From NCBI GenBank assembly GCA_964291215.2, contig OZ219791.1, forward strand, positions 352,001-416,000: a stretch of DNA of 64,000 nt, in the 5' to 3' direction. Positions 10,516 through 20,097 of the stretch are shown in pieces. Within the stretch, counting starts at the first letter, position 1. Every line of letters begins with the position of its first letter. The translations under genes and the position numbers were made by a program. Below the pieces are notes generated by a model. The model had not been told where the DNA came from and did no database searches. It worked only from the letters and a program-made list of their open reading frames with translations. This DNA is from Alphaproteobacteria bacterium (lineage in GTDB: Bacteria; Pseudomonadota; Alphaproteobacteria; MPNO01; UBA830).

Positions 10516-11673
10516 ATGACCCCGGCGTTCGCGCAAGCCCGTCTCGATTCGGTGAAGCCCTTCATCGTGCTCGATGTCATGGACAAGGCCAACCGGCTGG
10601 AGGCTGCAGGCCGAGACGTGCTTCACCTTGAGGTTGGCCAGCCGGGAACGCCAGCGCCTTCGCGCGTCGTCGCCGCTGCGCACCGGGCTCTGGAAACCGA
10701 AAAGCTCGGCTATACGGAAGGGTTGGGCGTTCACGAATTGCGCGCCCGCATAGCCTGCCATTACCGCGACGCGTACGGTCTGGAGATTGCGCCGGACCGG
10801 GTGGCGGTCACCACCGGCTCATCGGGCGGCTTCATCCTCGCATTCCTCGCGGCCTTCGAGCCGGGTGCGCGCGTGGCGCTCGCCGAGCCCGGCTACCCGG
10901 CTTACCGCAACATACTGGCCGCGCTTGGTCTCGAGGCTGTCGGGGTGCCAACAACAGCCGAGGACCGCTTCCAGATAACCCCGACCCTTCTCGACCAGCT
11001 CGGTCCGGACCTCGACGGGGTGATCGTCGCCAGCCCCGCCAATCCCACTGGCACGATGCTCCCGGCCGAGGCCCTCCGGGCACTCGCGGCCTATTGCAGC
11101 GATCGCGGCATCTGGCTGATCTCGGACGAGATCTATCACGGCATCACCTATTCGATGGACAGTACGAGCGCTCTCCAATTCACCGACGATGCCATCGTGC
11201 TCAACAGCTTCTCCAAATACTACTCAATGACCGGCTGGCGAATCGGATGGATGGTTCTTCCCGAGAACCTGTGCCGGCCGATCGAACGTCTTGCCCAGAA
11301 CATGTTCATCTCCGTGCCGACGCTCTCCCAGTGCGCCGCACTCGCGGCGTTCGATTGCCGCGATGAACTCGATACCAATGTCGCCCGCTATGCGGCAAAC
11401 CGCGAGTTGCTGCTGCGTGAACTGCCAGCGGCCGGTTTCGATATCCTCGCCCCTGCCGACGGCGCGTTCTATCTCTATGCCGACGTGAGCCGGCTTACCA
11501 ACCACAGCAGCACGTTCGGCGACACGCTGTTGCAGGAAACCGGTGTGGCGATTGCGACAGGCCTCGATTTCGACGCTGCCCGCGGCCATACGACCGTACG
11601 CATCTCTTTCGCCGGAACGGCCGAAACGATGGCAGAGGCAGTACGGCGAATTCGGGAGTGGTGCGGGCGCTAG
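10516..11673 (+). CDS. Class I/II PLP aminotransferase (aspartate aminotransferase family)
   Basis: SPANPTG, SDEIYHG and NSFSKYYSMTGWRIGW motifs. Confidence 0.92.
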   Translation: MTPAFAQARLDSVKPFIVLDVMDKANRLEAAGRDVLHLEVGQPGTPAPSRVVAAAHRALETEKLGYTEGLGVHELRARIACHYRDAYGLEIAPDRVAVTTGSSGGFILAFLAAFEPGARVALAEPGYPAYRNILAALGLEAVGVPTTAEDRFQITPTLLDQLGPDLDGVIVASPANPTGTMLPAEALRALAAYCSDRGIWLISDEIYHGITYSMDSTSALQFTDDAIVLNSFSKYYSMTGWRIGWMVLPENLCRPIERLAQNMFISVPTLSQCAALAAFDCRDELDTNVARYAANRELLLRELPAAGFDILAPADGAFYLYADVSRLTNHSSTFGDTLLQETGVAIATGLDFDAARGHTTVRISFAGTAETMAEAVRRIREWCGR

Positions 11674-11777
11674 CAGCCCGTGCCGCCGGACGCCATCGCG
11701 GCCGGCGACCCTGACGCCGCCGGCACCGACAACCGGAACCGGGCGCCCCCCAAAGATCGGAACCGGACGGGACCGCG

Positions 11778-14219
11778 TTATCCGGCCGCTTTCTGCCACC
11801 AGCCGCGTCGCGCCGCCCTTTCGACATGCTCGTCGCGGGTCCTGGCGTCTTCGGCCTGGCCCTGCGGTTCCGGCTTGCAGTCCGCGGCAAGTTGCGGCGG
11901 CAGCGCCTCGGGGACCGCCGCACCCGCCGACTGGGGCTGTCCTTCCGGAGCGATCGCACCACCAGCATCAATATTCGCCGCATCGCCGTTTGCGGGCGGC
12001 GGCCCGTCGGCTGCGGGCATGGCATCGGACTGCGCTTCGCCATTGGTTGCCTTGCGGCGGCGACGGCGACGGCGACGGCGGGCGGCGGGCGGCTTCTCGC
12101 TCTCGTCGCCGGAGCCATCCACCGCATCCACGGACTCGGAGGCAAGCTCGACCTCGCTGGCGACCTGCTCGTCAACGGGCGCCTCCGTCTCGCTCTTGCG
12201 GCGACGGCCGCGCTTCCGCGCCGACCGCCGGCCGCCATCCGCAAGCTCTTCGTCCCTGACGGCAGACCCGTTCGCCTCGGCCAAAGCCTCGTCGGCGACC
12301 TGCTCGTCCTTCGCCGGTTCGGCCTCGTTCCTGCGCCGACGGCCGCGCTTCCGGCCCTGCCGCCGGCTGCCGTCGGCGGATTCTTCCGCGCCGCCTGCGG
12401 CTCCGTTCGCGCGTCTGGCCGGGGCTTGGCGCTTGCGGGAAGCCTGGCGTTTTCCGGACGGCGGCGCCTTCTCCGTACCGTCTTCAGCCACCATCTGCTC
12501 AATGCGGATGTCCGGAGCCCCGCTATCGTCGGTGCGGAGAACTATCTTCAGCTCGTGCCGGTTCTCGATTTCTGCCAGCCTTGCTCGCTTGTGGTTCAGG
12601 GTATACAGCGCTACTCCGGTCGGCACGAAAACGATAATCCCCTCCTGCTGCCGGCGCGCGGCTTCCTGCTCTATGGCCCGGAGTACGCGCAGCACCATCG
12701 ATTCCACCGACAGGACGTAGCCGCTGCCCTCACAGTGTCGGCAGGTCTCGCTGCTGCTCTCGATCAGGCTGGGCCGCAAACGCTGACGTGACAGCTCCAT
12801 CAGCCCAAATTCGCTGATGCGGCCCACTTTCAGCCGCGCCCGGTCATCCTTGACGACCTCGCGCATCCGGCGTTCCACCTTGCGCACGTTGCGGCTCTCG
12901 TCCATGTCGATGAAATCGATGACGACCAGCCCGGCGAGGTCGCGGAGCCTGAGCTGGCGGGCGACCTCCTCGGCCGCCTCGAGGTTGGTCTTGAGCGCGG
13001 TCTTCTCGGTGTTCCGCTCGCTTGTCGACTTGCCTGAATTCACGTCAATGGCAACCAAGGCTTCGGTCTGGTTGATCACCAGCGAACCGCCGGACTTGAG
13101 CCCGACTTCCGGTCTGTACATCGCCTCGAGCTGCTGCTCGATCTGGTGGCGCTGGAACAGGGAGACGCCGCCATCGTCATAGCGCTGCACGCGTTTGGCG
13201 TGGCTCGGCATCATCAGCCGCATGAACTTCTTGGTGCTCTTGTAGACATCGGCCCCGTCGACCAGGACCGTTTCGATGTCCTTGGCATAGACATCGCGGA
13301 TCGACCGCTTGATGATGTCGCCTTCTTCGTAGACAAGGCAGGGCGCCGTCGAGGACATCGTTACCTCGCGCACCTCGTCCCACGCCCGCATCAGATATTC
13401 CAGATCACGCTTGATCTCGCTCTTGCTCCGCTGCATGCCCGCGGTGCGGATGATCAGGCCCATCCCGTCGGGAACATCCAGTGCGCTGAGCGTCTTGCGC
13501 AGTTTCTTGCGCTCACCGGAATCCGTGATCCGTCGCGAGATCCCGCCAGTGCGCGAGGCATTGGGCATCAGCACACAGTACCGTCCAGGCAGGGAGATGT
13601 AGGTGGTGAGCGCGGCTCCCTTGTTGCCCCGTTCCTCCTTGAGAATCTGGACGAGCAGGATCTGGCCGGGCCTTATTACCTCCTGGATCTTGTAACGGCG
13701 GCGATTCAGCCCCGCGGGTACCGTCTCCTCGACGCTTTCGACCTGTGCGCTCTCCGCCTCGTCGGCATCGGCGAGCTCCTCATCCGGCGCCTGGTCCTCT
13801 TCCGCGGCGGGGCCTTCCGACTCTGCCGCCTCAACCGCAGGCCCGTCGTCCTGTTCGATCTCGAGATCGTCGCTGGCGCTGTCGCCGTCGATCTCCTCGA
13901 GATGCTCGCGGGCGGCGCGTGCGCCGTGATCCAGGGCTTCCTGCTCCTCGAGCAGTTTCCGGCGATCCTCGACAGGAATCTGGTAGTAGTCCGGGTGGAC
14001 ATCGTTGAAGGACAGGAAACCGTGGCGGTCACCGCCGTAATCGACGAATGCCGCCTGCAGCGACGGCTCGACCCTTGCTACTGTTGCCAGATAGATGTTG
14101 CTCTTGATCTGCTTCCTGAACGATGTCTGGATATCATATTCTTCGAGCTCGCTCCCCGACGCGATGACAACCCGGATTTCCTCCTCGTAGTTGCCGTCGA
14201 TGAGCATACGCTTTGACAT
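11778..14219 (-). CDS. rne: Ribonuclease E
   Basis: MSKRMLID start, SLQAAFVDYG, AIDVNSG, IDFIDM and Zn-link CRHC; acidic S1 insert and Arg-rich disordered C-terminus. Confidence 0.95.
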   Translation of the reverse strand: MSKRMLIDGNYEEEIRVVIASGSELEEYDIQTSFRKQIKSNIYLATVARVEPSLQAAFVDYGGDRHGFLSFNDVHPDYYQIPVEDRRKLLEEQEALDHGARAAREHLEEIDGDSASDDLEIEQDDGPAVEAAESEGPAAEEDQAPDEELADADEAESAQVESVEETVPAGLNRRRYKIQEVIRPGQILLVQILKEERGNKGAALTTYISLPGRYCVLMPNASRTGGISRRITDSGERKKLRKTLSALDVPDGMGLIIRTAGMQRSKSEIKRDLEYLMRAWDEVREVTMSSTAPCLVYEEGDIIKRSIRDVYAKDIETVLVDGADVYKSTKKFMRLMMPSHAKRVQRYDDGGVSLFQRHQIEQQLEAMYRPEVGLKSGGSLVINQTEALVAIDVNSGKSTSERNTEKTALKTNLEAAEEVARQLRLRDLAGLVVIDFIDMDESRNVRKVERRMREVVKDDRARLKVGRISEFGLMELSRQRLRPSLIESSSETCRHCEGSGYVLSVESMVLRVLRAIEQEAARRQQEGIIVFVPTGVALYTLNHKRARLAEIENRHELKIVLRTDDSGAPDIRIEQMVAEDGTEKAPPSGKRQASRKRQAPARRANGAAGGAEESADGSRRQGRKRGRRRRNEAEPAKDEQVADEALAEANGSAVRDEELADGGRRSARKRGRRRKSETEAPVDEQVASEVELASESVDAVDGSGDESEKPPAARRRRRRRRRKATNGEAQSDAMPAADGPPPANGDAANIDAGGAIAPEGQPQSAGAAVPEALPPQLAADCKPEPQGQAEDARTRDEHVERAARRGWWQKAAG

Positions 14220-15093
14220 TGTGTTTCTCCGGCATGGTCGCCAGATCCGCCGCGCGAACGAACGATCGGGAAATGCGCCATGCCTGCAAGACCGGGCCGG
14301 CCCTGGTCGACCTTCAGGACACGCCCGCCGTTCCCGGGGAACGGCGTCGGCGGCAGGGACCGGGCAAGGGCGACAGATATCCGGGTGGTTCCGGATTCGG
14401 TCTTGAGTTCCGTTGGACCGCGACCGTACAATGCGGCCAGCCTGTCGCTGCTGACATGTGCCAACTGCGAAAAAAGGAATTTGGGGGACTGGCCACCAGA
14501 CAGTTTTCCTGCCTGTTTCGGAGTTCGGTAGCGGATGTTCGCATTTAGCGAATATATGCCGATCCCCCTCTGAAGGCAACTGCCGACCACAGTTTTTCGC
14601 GATTTGGCTGCTGACAGCCCTTGCCGGACCTCTTCAAGGATCCCTGCCGCTTGGCCTTCCCGCCGGCCTTCAGCGCTTCGACCATGCCGCCGGATCGCCA
14701 CCGCACCACAGGAGACGCCGTTCGCCGGTCCGGCACCCGAGTCTTCCGGCGCCACCCCGTCGGGGGCCGAAGATGTCTGCAGATTCTCCGAACGGCTGTA
14801 CAGGGCGGCGGATCCGGCTTTCGAAAACGACCGTCGCCCTGTACAGCCGATTCCCGAAAACGCCGATTCTCGGGCTATTCATAGCCGAGCGCCGTTCCGA
14901 ATATGATGGATTGAAACGCGTACGACAACGCAGGGGCTTGGACCGCATGGCAGAGACGCTTGCCGTCCCGAACGGGCGAAAGGATGTTCCGGACACCGCC
15001 CGCGGCTCCCCGCGGTGTCCCGGCGTCCCGGCTCGACCGCCGGAGCCGTCGCGTCCGGCCATCATCGCGCCCGTGATCCGGACGCTCTGGAAA

Positions 15094-16263
15094 ATGGCGC
15101 TGCTGCCCGCCCTCGCGGCGATTGCGCTTGCCGCCGTGCCCGCAGGCGCGGGCGCATTATCACCCAACGTGGACGGCATGCGTATCGGCGTCTACGACAC
15201 CAGGACGCGGTTCGTGGTGGATCTGGACAGGTCGGCAACCTTCAGCGTGTTCACCCTTTCCGATCCCTATCGCGTGGTCGTCGATCTGCCCGAAGTCACC
15301 TGGTCCTCGCCGCTAAAGCGGGTCAGCGGCGGGCTGATCGCGCAGCTGCGCTTCGGACTCCTGAAGCCGGGCGTATCTCGCATCGTGCTCGATGTCGGAG
15401 GACCCGTGCGCGTCCTGAAATCCTTTCTCCTGGCGCCCAGCGACGCACTTCGGCATCACCGGCTCGTGATCGACCTTGTCCCGACCGACCGCAAGACCTT
15501 CATGCGAGAAATCCGCGCCCGGCTCGCGACAGCGAGGACGGCGCCACCGAGAGCCGCACCCGTCCCCCGCCCGAAACCCCGCGACGGCAAGAAGCTGGTC
15601 GTGATCGATCCCGGCCATGGCGGCGTCGACCCCGGCGCCATCAGCCGGTCGGGACGATACGAGAAGCATGTTGTACTCGCCCATGCCAGGGAACTGCGGC
15701 GCCAGCTTCTCGCGACCGGAAACTACCGCATCGTCATGACCCGGAACCGCGACGTATTCATGCGCCTGCGCAAGCGCACCGAGAAGGCCCGCGCCGCCGG
15801 CGCCGACCTGTTCATTTCCCTGCATGCCGATTCGATCGCAAGGCCATCCGTCCGCGGCGCGTCGGTATACACGCTGTCCGAGCGCGCATCGGATCGGGAA
15901 GCCGCCGCTCTCGCGGCGCGGGAGAACAAGTCGGACATCATCGCAGGACTCGACCTCGACGCCCGATCAAGTGAGGTTGCAGACATCCTCATCGACCTTT
16001 CCCAACGCGATACCAAGAACCAGTCCGCGCAATTTGCCGGCATTCTCATCCACGAGATGGCCAAGGTGCGCCGCATGCTCCGCAACACGCATCGCTTCGC
16101 CGGCTTTGCGGTTCTCAAGGCGCCGGATGTCCCCGCAGTCCTCGTCGAGCTCGGCTACCTGTCCAATCGCGCCGACGAGCGCCTGCTGCTCGACACGAAA
16201 GCGCGGCTCAGGGTGGTATCCGCAATCGTCCGCGCCATCGACCGGTATTTCGGTAGCCGATAG
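15094..16263 (+). CDS. amiC: N-acetylmuramoyl-L-alanine amidase (AMIN + Amidase_3)
   Basis: Signal peptide, AMIN-like RVVVDLP, IDPGHGGVDPGA, SLHADS and LVELGYLSN motifs; start approximate. Confidence 0.9.
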   Translation: MALLPALAAIALAAVPAGAGALSPNVDGMRIGVYDTRTRFVVDLDRSATFSVFTLSDPYRVVVDLPEVTWSSPLKRVSGGLIAQLRFGLLKPGVSRIVLDVGGPVRVLKSFLLAPSDALRHHRLVIDLVPTDRKTFMREIRARLATARTAPPRAAPVPRPKPRDGKKLVVIDPGHGGVDPGAISRSGRYEKHVVLAHARELRRQLLATGNYRIVMTRNRDVFMRLRKRTEKARAAGADLFISLHADSIARPSVRGASVYTLSERASDREAAALAARENKSDIIAGLDLDARSSEVADILIDLSQRDTKNQSAQFAGILIHEMAKVRRMLRNTHRFAGFAVLKAPDVPAVLVELGYLSNRADERLLLDTKARLRVVSAIVRAIDRYFGSR

Positions 16264-16346
16264 CTGCGCAACATACCATATTGACGCCATATTCATATGG
16301 CGACGTACCGGTTCGACCTGAAGCAACGGTGTTGCAGGCCACAGTG

Positions 16347-18779
16347 ATGAAATTCCTGAAGATTGCTCTCCTGTGCGTGGTCCTTCTCGGTACCGTCGCG
16401 GCTGCGGCCGCGTTCTATGGTCTTTACCATTACGGACGCGGTCTGCCCGATTACCGGCAGCTCGCCGAGTACAAGCCCCCGATCGTGACCCGCGTCCATG
16501 CCGGCGACGGCCGCCTGATGGCGGAATTCGCCCGGGAACGGCGTGTCTTCGTGCCGGTGCGCGCAATGCCGAAGCCTGTCATCCGGGCGTTCCTTTCGGC
16601 CGAGGACAAGACGTTCTACAGCCATTTCGGCATCGACCCTCCGGGCATCGTCCGGGCCGCCATGACCAATCTCCTGAACATCGGCACCGGGCGGCGGGCC
16701 GTGGGAGCGTCAACGATCACCCAGCAGGTGGCAAAGAATTTCCTCGTCGGCAACGAGCTGTCGATCACCCGCAAGATCCAGGAGATCATCCTCGCCTTCC
16801 GCATCGAGCGCGCAATTTCGAAGGACAGGATCCTCGAACTCTATCTGAACCAGATCTATCTCGGCTTCGGGTCCTATGGCGTCGCTGCTGCGGCGCTCAA
16901 CTATTTCGACAAGTCGCTTGACGACCTGACCCTGCCCGAAGCGGCGTTCCTCGCCGGACTGCCGAAGGCACCGGCCAACTATCATCCGCTCCGGCATCCC
17001 CGCGCGGCGCGGGCGCGCCGCAACTACGTTCTGTCGCGCATGGCGGCCGACGGCCATGTCCCGCGCACCGATGCCGAAAAGGCGATGGCGGGGCCGGTGG
17101 CGGTGAGGCCGCCGTCCGTGATCCAGACCGCGCGGGCCGACTATTTCGTCGAGGAGGTGCGGCGCGAACTCGCGCAAAGGTACGGCGAGAACACCCTCTA
17201 TGGCGGCGGCCTGTCGGTGCGTTCCACCCTGTCCTCCCGCCTTCAAGAAGTTGCCGACATCGCGCTGCGCGCCGGCCTTTCCGCCTACGACCGGCGGCGC
17301 GGCTGGCGCGGTCCGCTCGGCCGGGTGGATCTCGGGCGCGACTGGAGGAGCGAGCTCGACCGGGCGCCGTTTCCCGACGACATCGCCGAATGGCGGCGCG
17401 CAGCCGTGCTCGAGGTGCGCCGCGAAGAAGTCTGGATAGGCTTCAGCGACGGCTCGGAGGGGCGCATTCCACTCGCCGAGATGCGGTGGGCTCGGGCGCT
17501 CGACGCCCGCGGCCGACGGGGCCCGAAGGTCGCAGACCCCGGCGACGTGCTGAAACCCGGCGATGCGGTGGCGGTCGAGAAGGTGATCCGCAGCAGCGAC
17601 GGCAAGACCTATCCCGCCGACACCTACGGCCTGCGGCAAATTCCCGAAGTCAATGGCGGGCTGGTCGCGATCGATCCCCATACCGGCCGCGTCCTCGCCA
17701 TGAGCGGCGGTTTCTCGGCGGCGCTCAGCAGTTTTAACCGCGTCACGCAGGCGTCGCGGCAACCTGGCTCGGCGTTCAAGCCCATCGTCTACCTGGCCGC
17801 GCTCGAATCCGGCTTCACCCCGTCGAGCCTGGTTCTTGACGCACCCTTCGTGATGGACATGGGGCCCGGCCTCGGGCGCTGGCGGCCGGAGAACTACGCC
17901 CGGCGATTCTACGGGCCGAGCACGCTGCGCGTCGGCATCGAGAGATCACGCAACCTGATGACGGTGCGCCTCGCCCGCGACATCGGCATGGAAAAGATCG
18001 CCGCCTACGCGGAGGCGTTCGGGATCGTCGAGCGGATGCCGCAGGTCATGGCGATGGCGCTGGGTTCGGGGGAGACCACACTGCTGCGCCTCACGGCCGC
18101 CTACGCCATGCTCGTCAATGGCGGCCGACACATCCGCCCGACCCTGATCGACCGCATCCAGGACCGCGACGGAACCACCGTGTTCCGCCACGACCGGCGC
18201 GACTGCCCGGCCTGCAGAAGCGCTGACTGGGATGGCGGAGAGACCCCCGGCCTGCCCGACGAGCGCGAAGCGGTAGCTGATCCGCGTGCCGCCTACCAGG
18301 TAGTGTCGATGCTCGAGGGGGCGGTACGGCGCGGAACCGGACGCGCCATCCGGTCGCTGGGCCGGCCACTCGCCGGCAAGACCGGCACCACCAACGAAAG
18401 CCGCGACGCGTGGTTCATCGGGTTCTCTCCGGATCTTGCTGTCGGCGTATTCGTCGGCTATGATCGGCCGAGGTCGCTGGGACGCCGGGAGACGGGCGCC
18501 TCTGTGGCGGTTCCGATATTCAGGCATTTCATGGAGATGGCGCTGGCCGACGAACCGGCCATTCCCTTCAGGGTGCCGCCCGGAGTGCTTCTGGTGCGGG
18601 TCGACCCCGCAACCGGGGTGCCGGCCGCACCGGGAGCGAAGAACGTCATTCTCGAAGCCTTCCTTCCCGGGACAGTGCCGCTGGAGCAGACCGCGGTGCT
18701 CGACGGCAGCGACCGGGAACCGGCGGCCGCAGGCCAGACACCGCCGGGCGGCAGCGGGAGGCTGCGCGGCCTTTACTGA
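16347..18779 (+). CDS. mrcA: Penicillin-binding protein 1A
   Basis: AEDK, GASTITQQVAKN, RQPGSAFK (SxxK), SRN and GKTGT motifs. Confidence 0.95.
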   Translation: MKFLKIALLCVVLLGTVAAAAAFYGLYHYGRGLPDYRQLAEYKPPIVTRVHAGDGRLMAEFARERRVFVPVRAMPKPVIRAFLSAEDKTFYSHFGIDPPGIVRAAMTNLLNIGTGRRAVGASTITQQVAKNFLVGNELSITRKIQEIILAFRIERAISKDRILELYLNQIYLGFGSYGVAAAALNYFDKSLDDLTLPEAAFLAGLPKAPANYHPLRHPRAARARRNYVLSRMAADGHVPRTDAEKAMAGPVAVRPPSVIQTARADYFVEEVRRELAQRYGENTLYGGGLSVRSTLSSRLQEVADIALRAGLSAYDRRRGWRGPLGRVDLGRDWRSELDRAPFPDDIAEWRRAAVLEVRREEVWIGFSDGSEGRIPLAEMRWARALDARGRRGPKVADPGDVLKPGDAVAVEKVIRSSDGKTYPADTYGLRQIPEVNGGLVAIDPHTGRVLAMSGGFSAALSSFNRVTQASRQPGSAFKPIVYLAALESGFTPSSLVLDAPFVMDMGPGLGRWRPENYARRFYGPSTLRVGIERSRNLMTVRLARDIGMEKIAAYAEAFGIVERMPQVMAMALGSGETTLLRLTAAYAMLVNGGRHIRPTLIDRIQDRDGTTVFRHDRRDCPACRSADWDGGETPGLPDEREAVADPRAAYQVVSMLEGAVRRGTGRAIRSLGRPLAGKTGTTNESRDAWFIGFSPDLAVGVFVGYDRPRSLGRRETGASVAVPIFRHFMEMALADEPAIPFRVPPGVLLVRVDPATGVPAAPGAKNVILEAFLPGTVPLEQTAVLDGSDREPAAAGQTPPGGSGRLRGLY

Positions 18780-18857
18780 CCCCCGGCACGCTGCAAACGG
18801 GCGGTGTGCCGCACAGGCAGGCCGGTCGCTGCAACCCGGCCCGAGACGAGGAGTGCC

Positions 18858-20007
18858 ATGCGTAGCGAGAACCAAGCGGTCGCGGAACGGATAAAGCAGT
18901 CACTGGAACTGCTGAGGAGGCGTCTTTGACCCGGAGACGGCAGCTCGCCGCCTGACCGAACTCGACACCGAGGCCGAGGATCCCGATCTCTGGAAGGACC
19001 GACTCCGCGCGAGCCGCGTGATGCGCGAGCGCACCCTGATCGTGAAGTCCCTCGACGACTTCAAGAGCCTCGAACAGGAGTTTCGCGACACCGTCGAGTT
19101 GATCGAACTCGGCGAGGCGGAGGATGACGAAGAGATCGTGGCCGACGCCGCTGAGGCGCTATCGCGCCTCCAGCGTCTGGCGACGCAGCGCGAACTCGAG
19201 ACGTTGTTGTCGGGCGAGGCCGACGGCAATGACTGCTTCATCGAGATCAATGCCGGCGCCGGCGGCACCGAGTCGCAGGACTGGGCGCAGATGCTGTTTC
19301 GCATGTACATGCGCTGGGCCGAGGCCCACGGCTACCGGACCGAGATCCTTGACGAGAACCCGGGCGAGGAGGCGGGACTCAAATCCGCCTCGGCGCGCCT
19401 TCAGGGCGCCAACGCCTATGGCTGGATGAAAACCGAGAGCGGCGTGCACCGGCTGGTGCGGATATCTCCCTTCGATTCCGGCGCCCGGCGCCATACCAGC
19501 TTCGCGTCGGTCTGGGTCTACCCTGAAATCGACGACGACATCGAGATCGAGATCGATGATCGGGAACTCAGGGTCGACACCTATCGGTCCCAGGGCGCCG
19601 GCGGCCAGCATGTCAACACCACCGACAGCGCCGTCCGCATCACCCACCTGCCATCCGGAATCGTGGTCCAGTGCCAGAGCAACCGCTCGCAGCACCGCAA
19701 CCGCGCGGAAGCCATGCTCATGCTGCGCTCGCGGCTCTACGAGGCCGAATTGCAACGCCGCGAGGAAGCGGCCCGAGCCGAACAGGACGCCAAGGCCGAG
19801 ATCGGCTGGGGGCACCAGATACGGTCCTATGTCCTTCATCCCTACCGCATGGTCAAGGATCTTCGGACGGGCGTAGAGACGTCGAACACCCAGGCCGTGC
19901 TCGACGGCGACCTCGACAGTTTCATGGCCGCAGCGCTGGCGCAGCGCGTCACGGGCGGCGGCAGCGGTAACCCGGACCCCGCTGCAGCAGACGGGGCCAG
20001 CCGATAG
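18858..20007 (+). CDS. prfB: Peptide chain release factor 2 with programmed +1 frameshift
   Basis: 23-codon upstream frame ends AGGAGG-CGT-CTT-TGA-C (18915-18930); downstream frame has the SPF and GGQ motifs. Confidence 0.97.
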
Positions 20008-20097
20008 TTCCGGCGTGCCCGACAGGCAGGACGGACATGACGGCGAATTGCGACGCAGACGGCGGGGGCGGCCGCGGCACGGCCGGGGACCGGCAGC

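Noticed and set aside
14220-15093. Long N-terminal extensions of Rne (933 aa) and AmiC (601 aa) in the ORF track
   Set aside because: They overlap each other and precede the recognisable conserved starts and the signal peptide.
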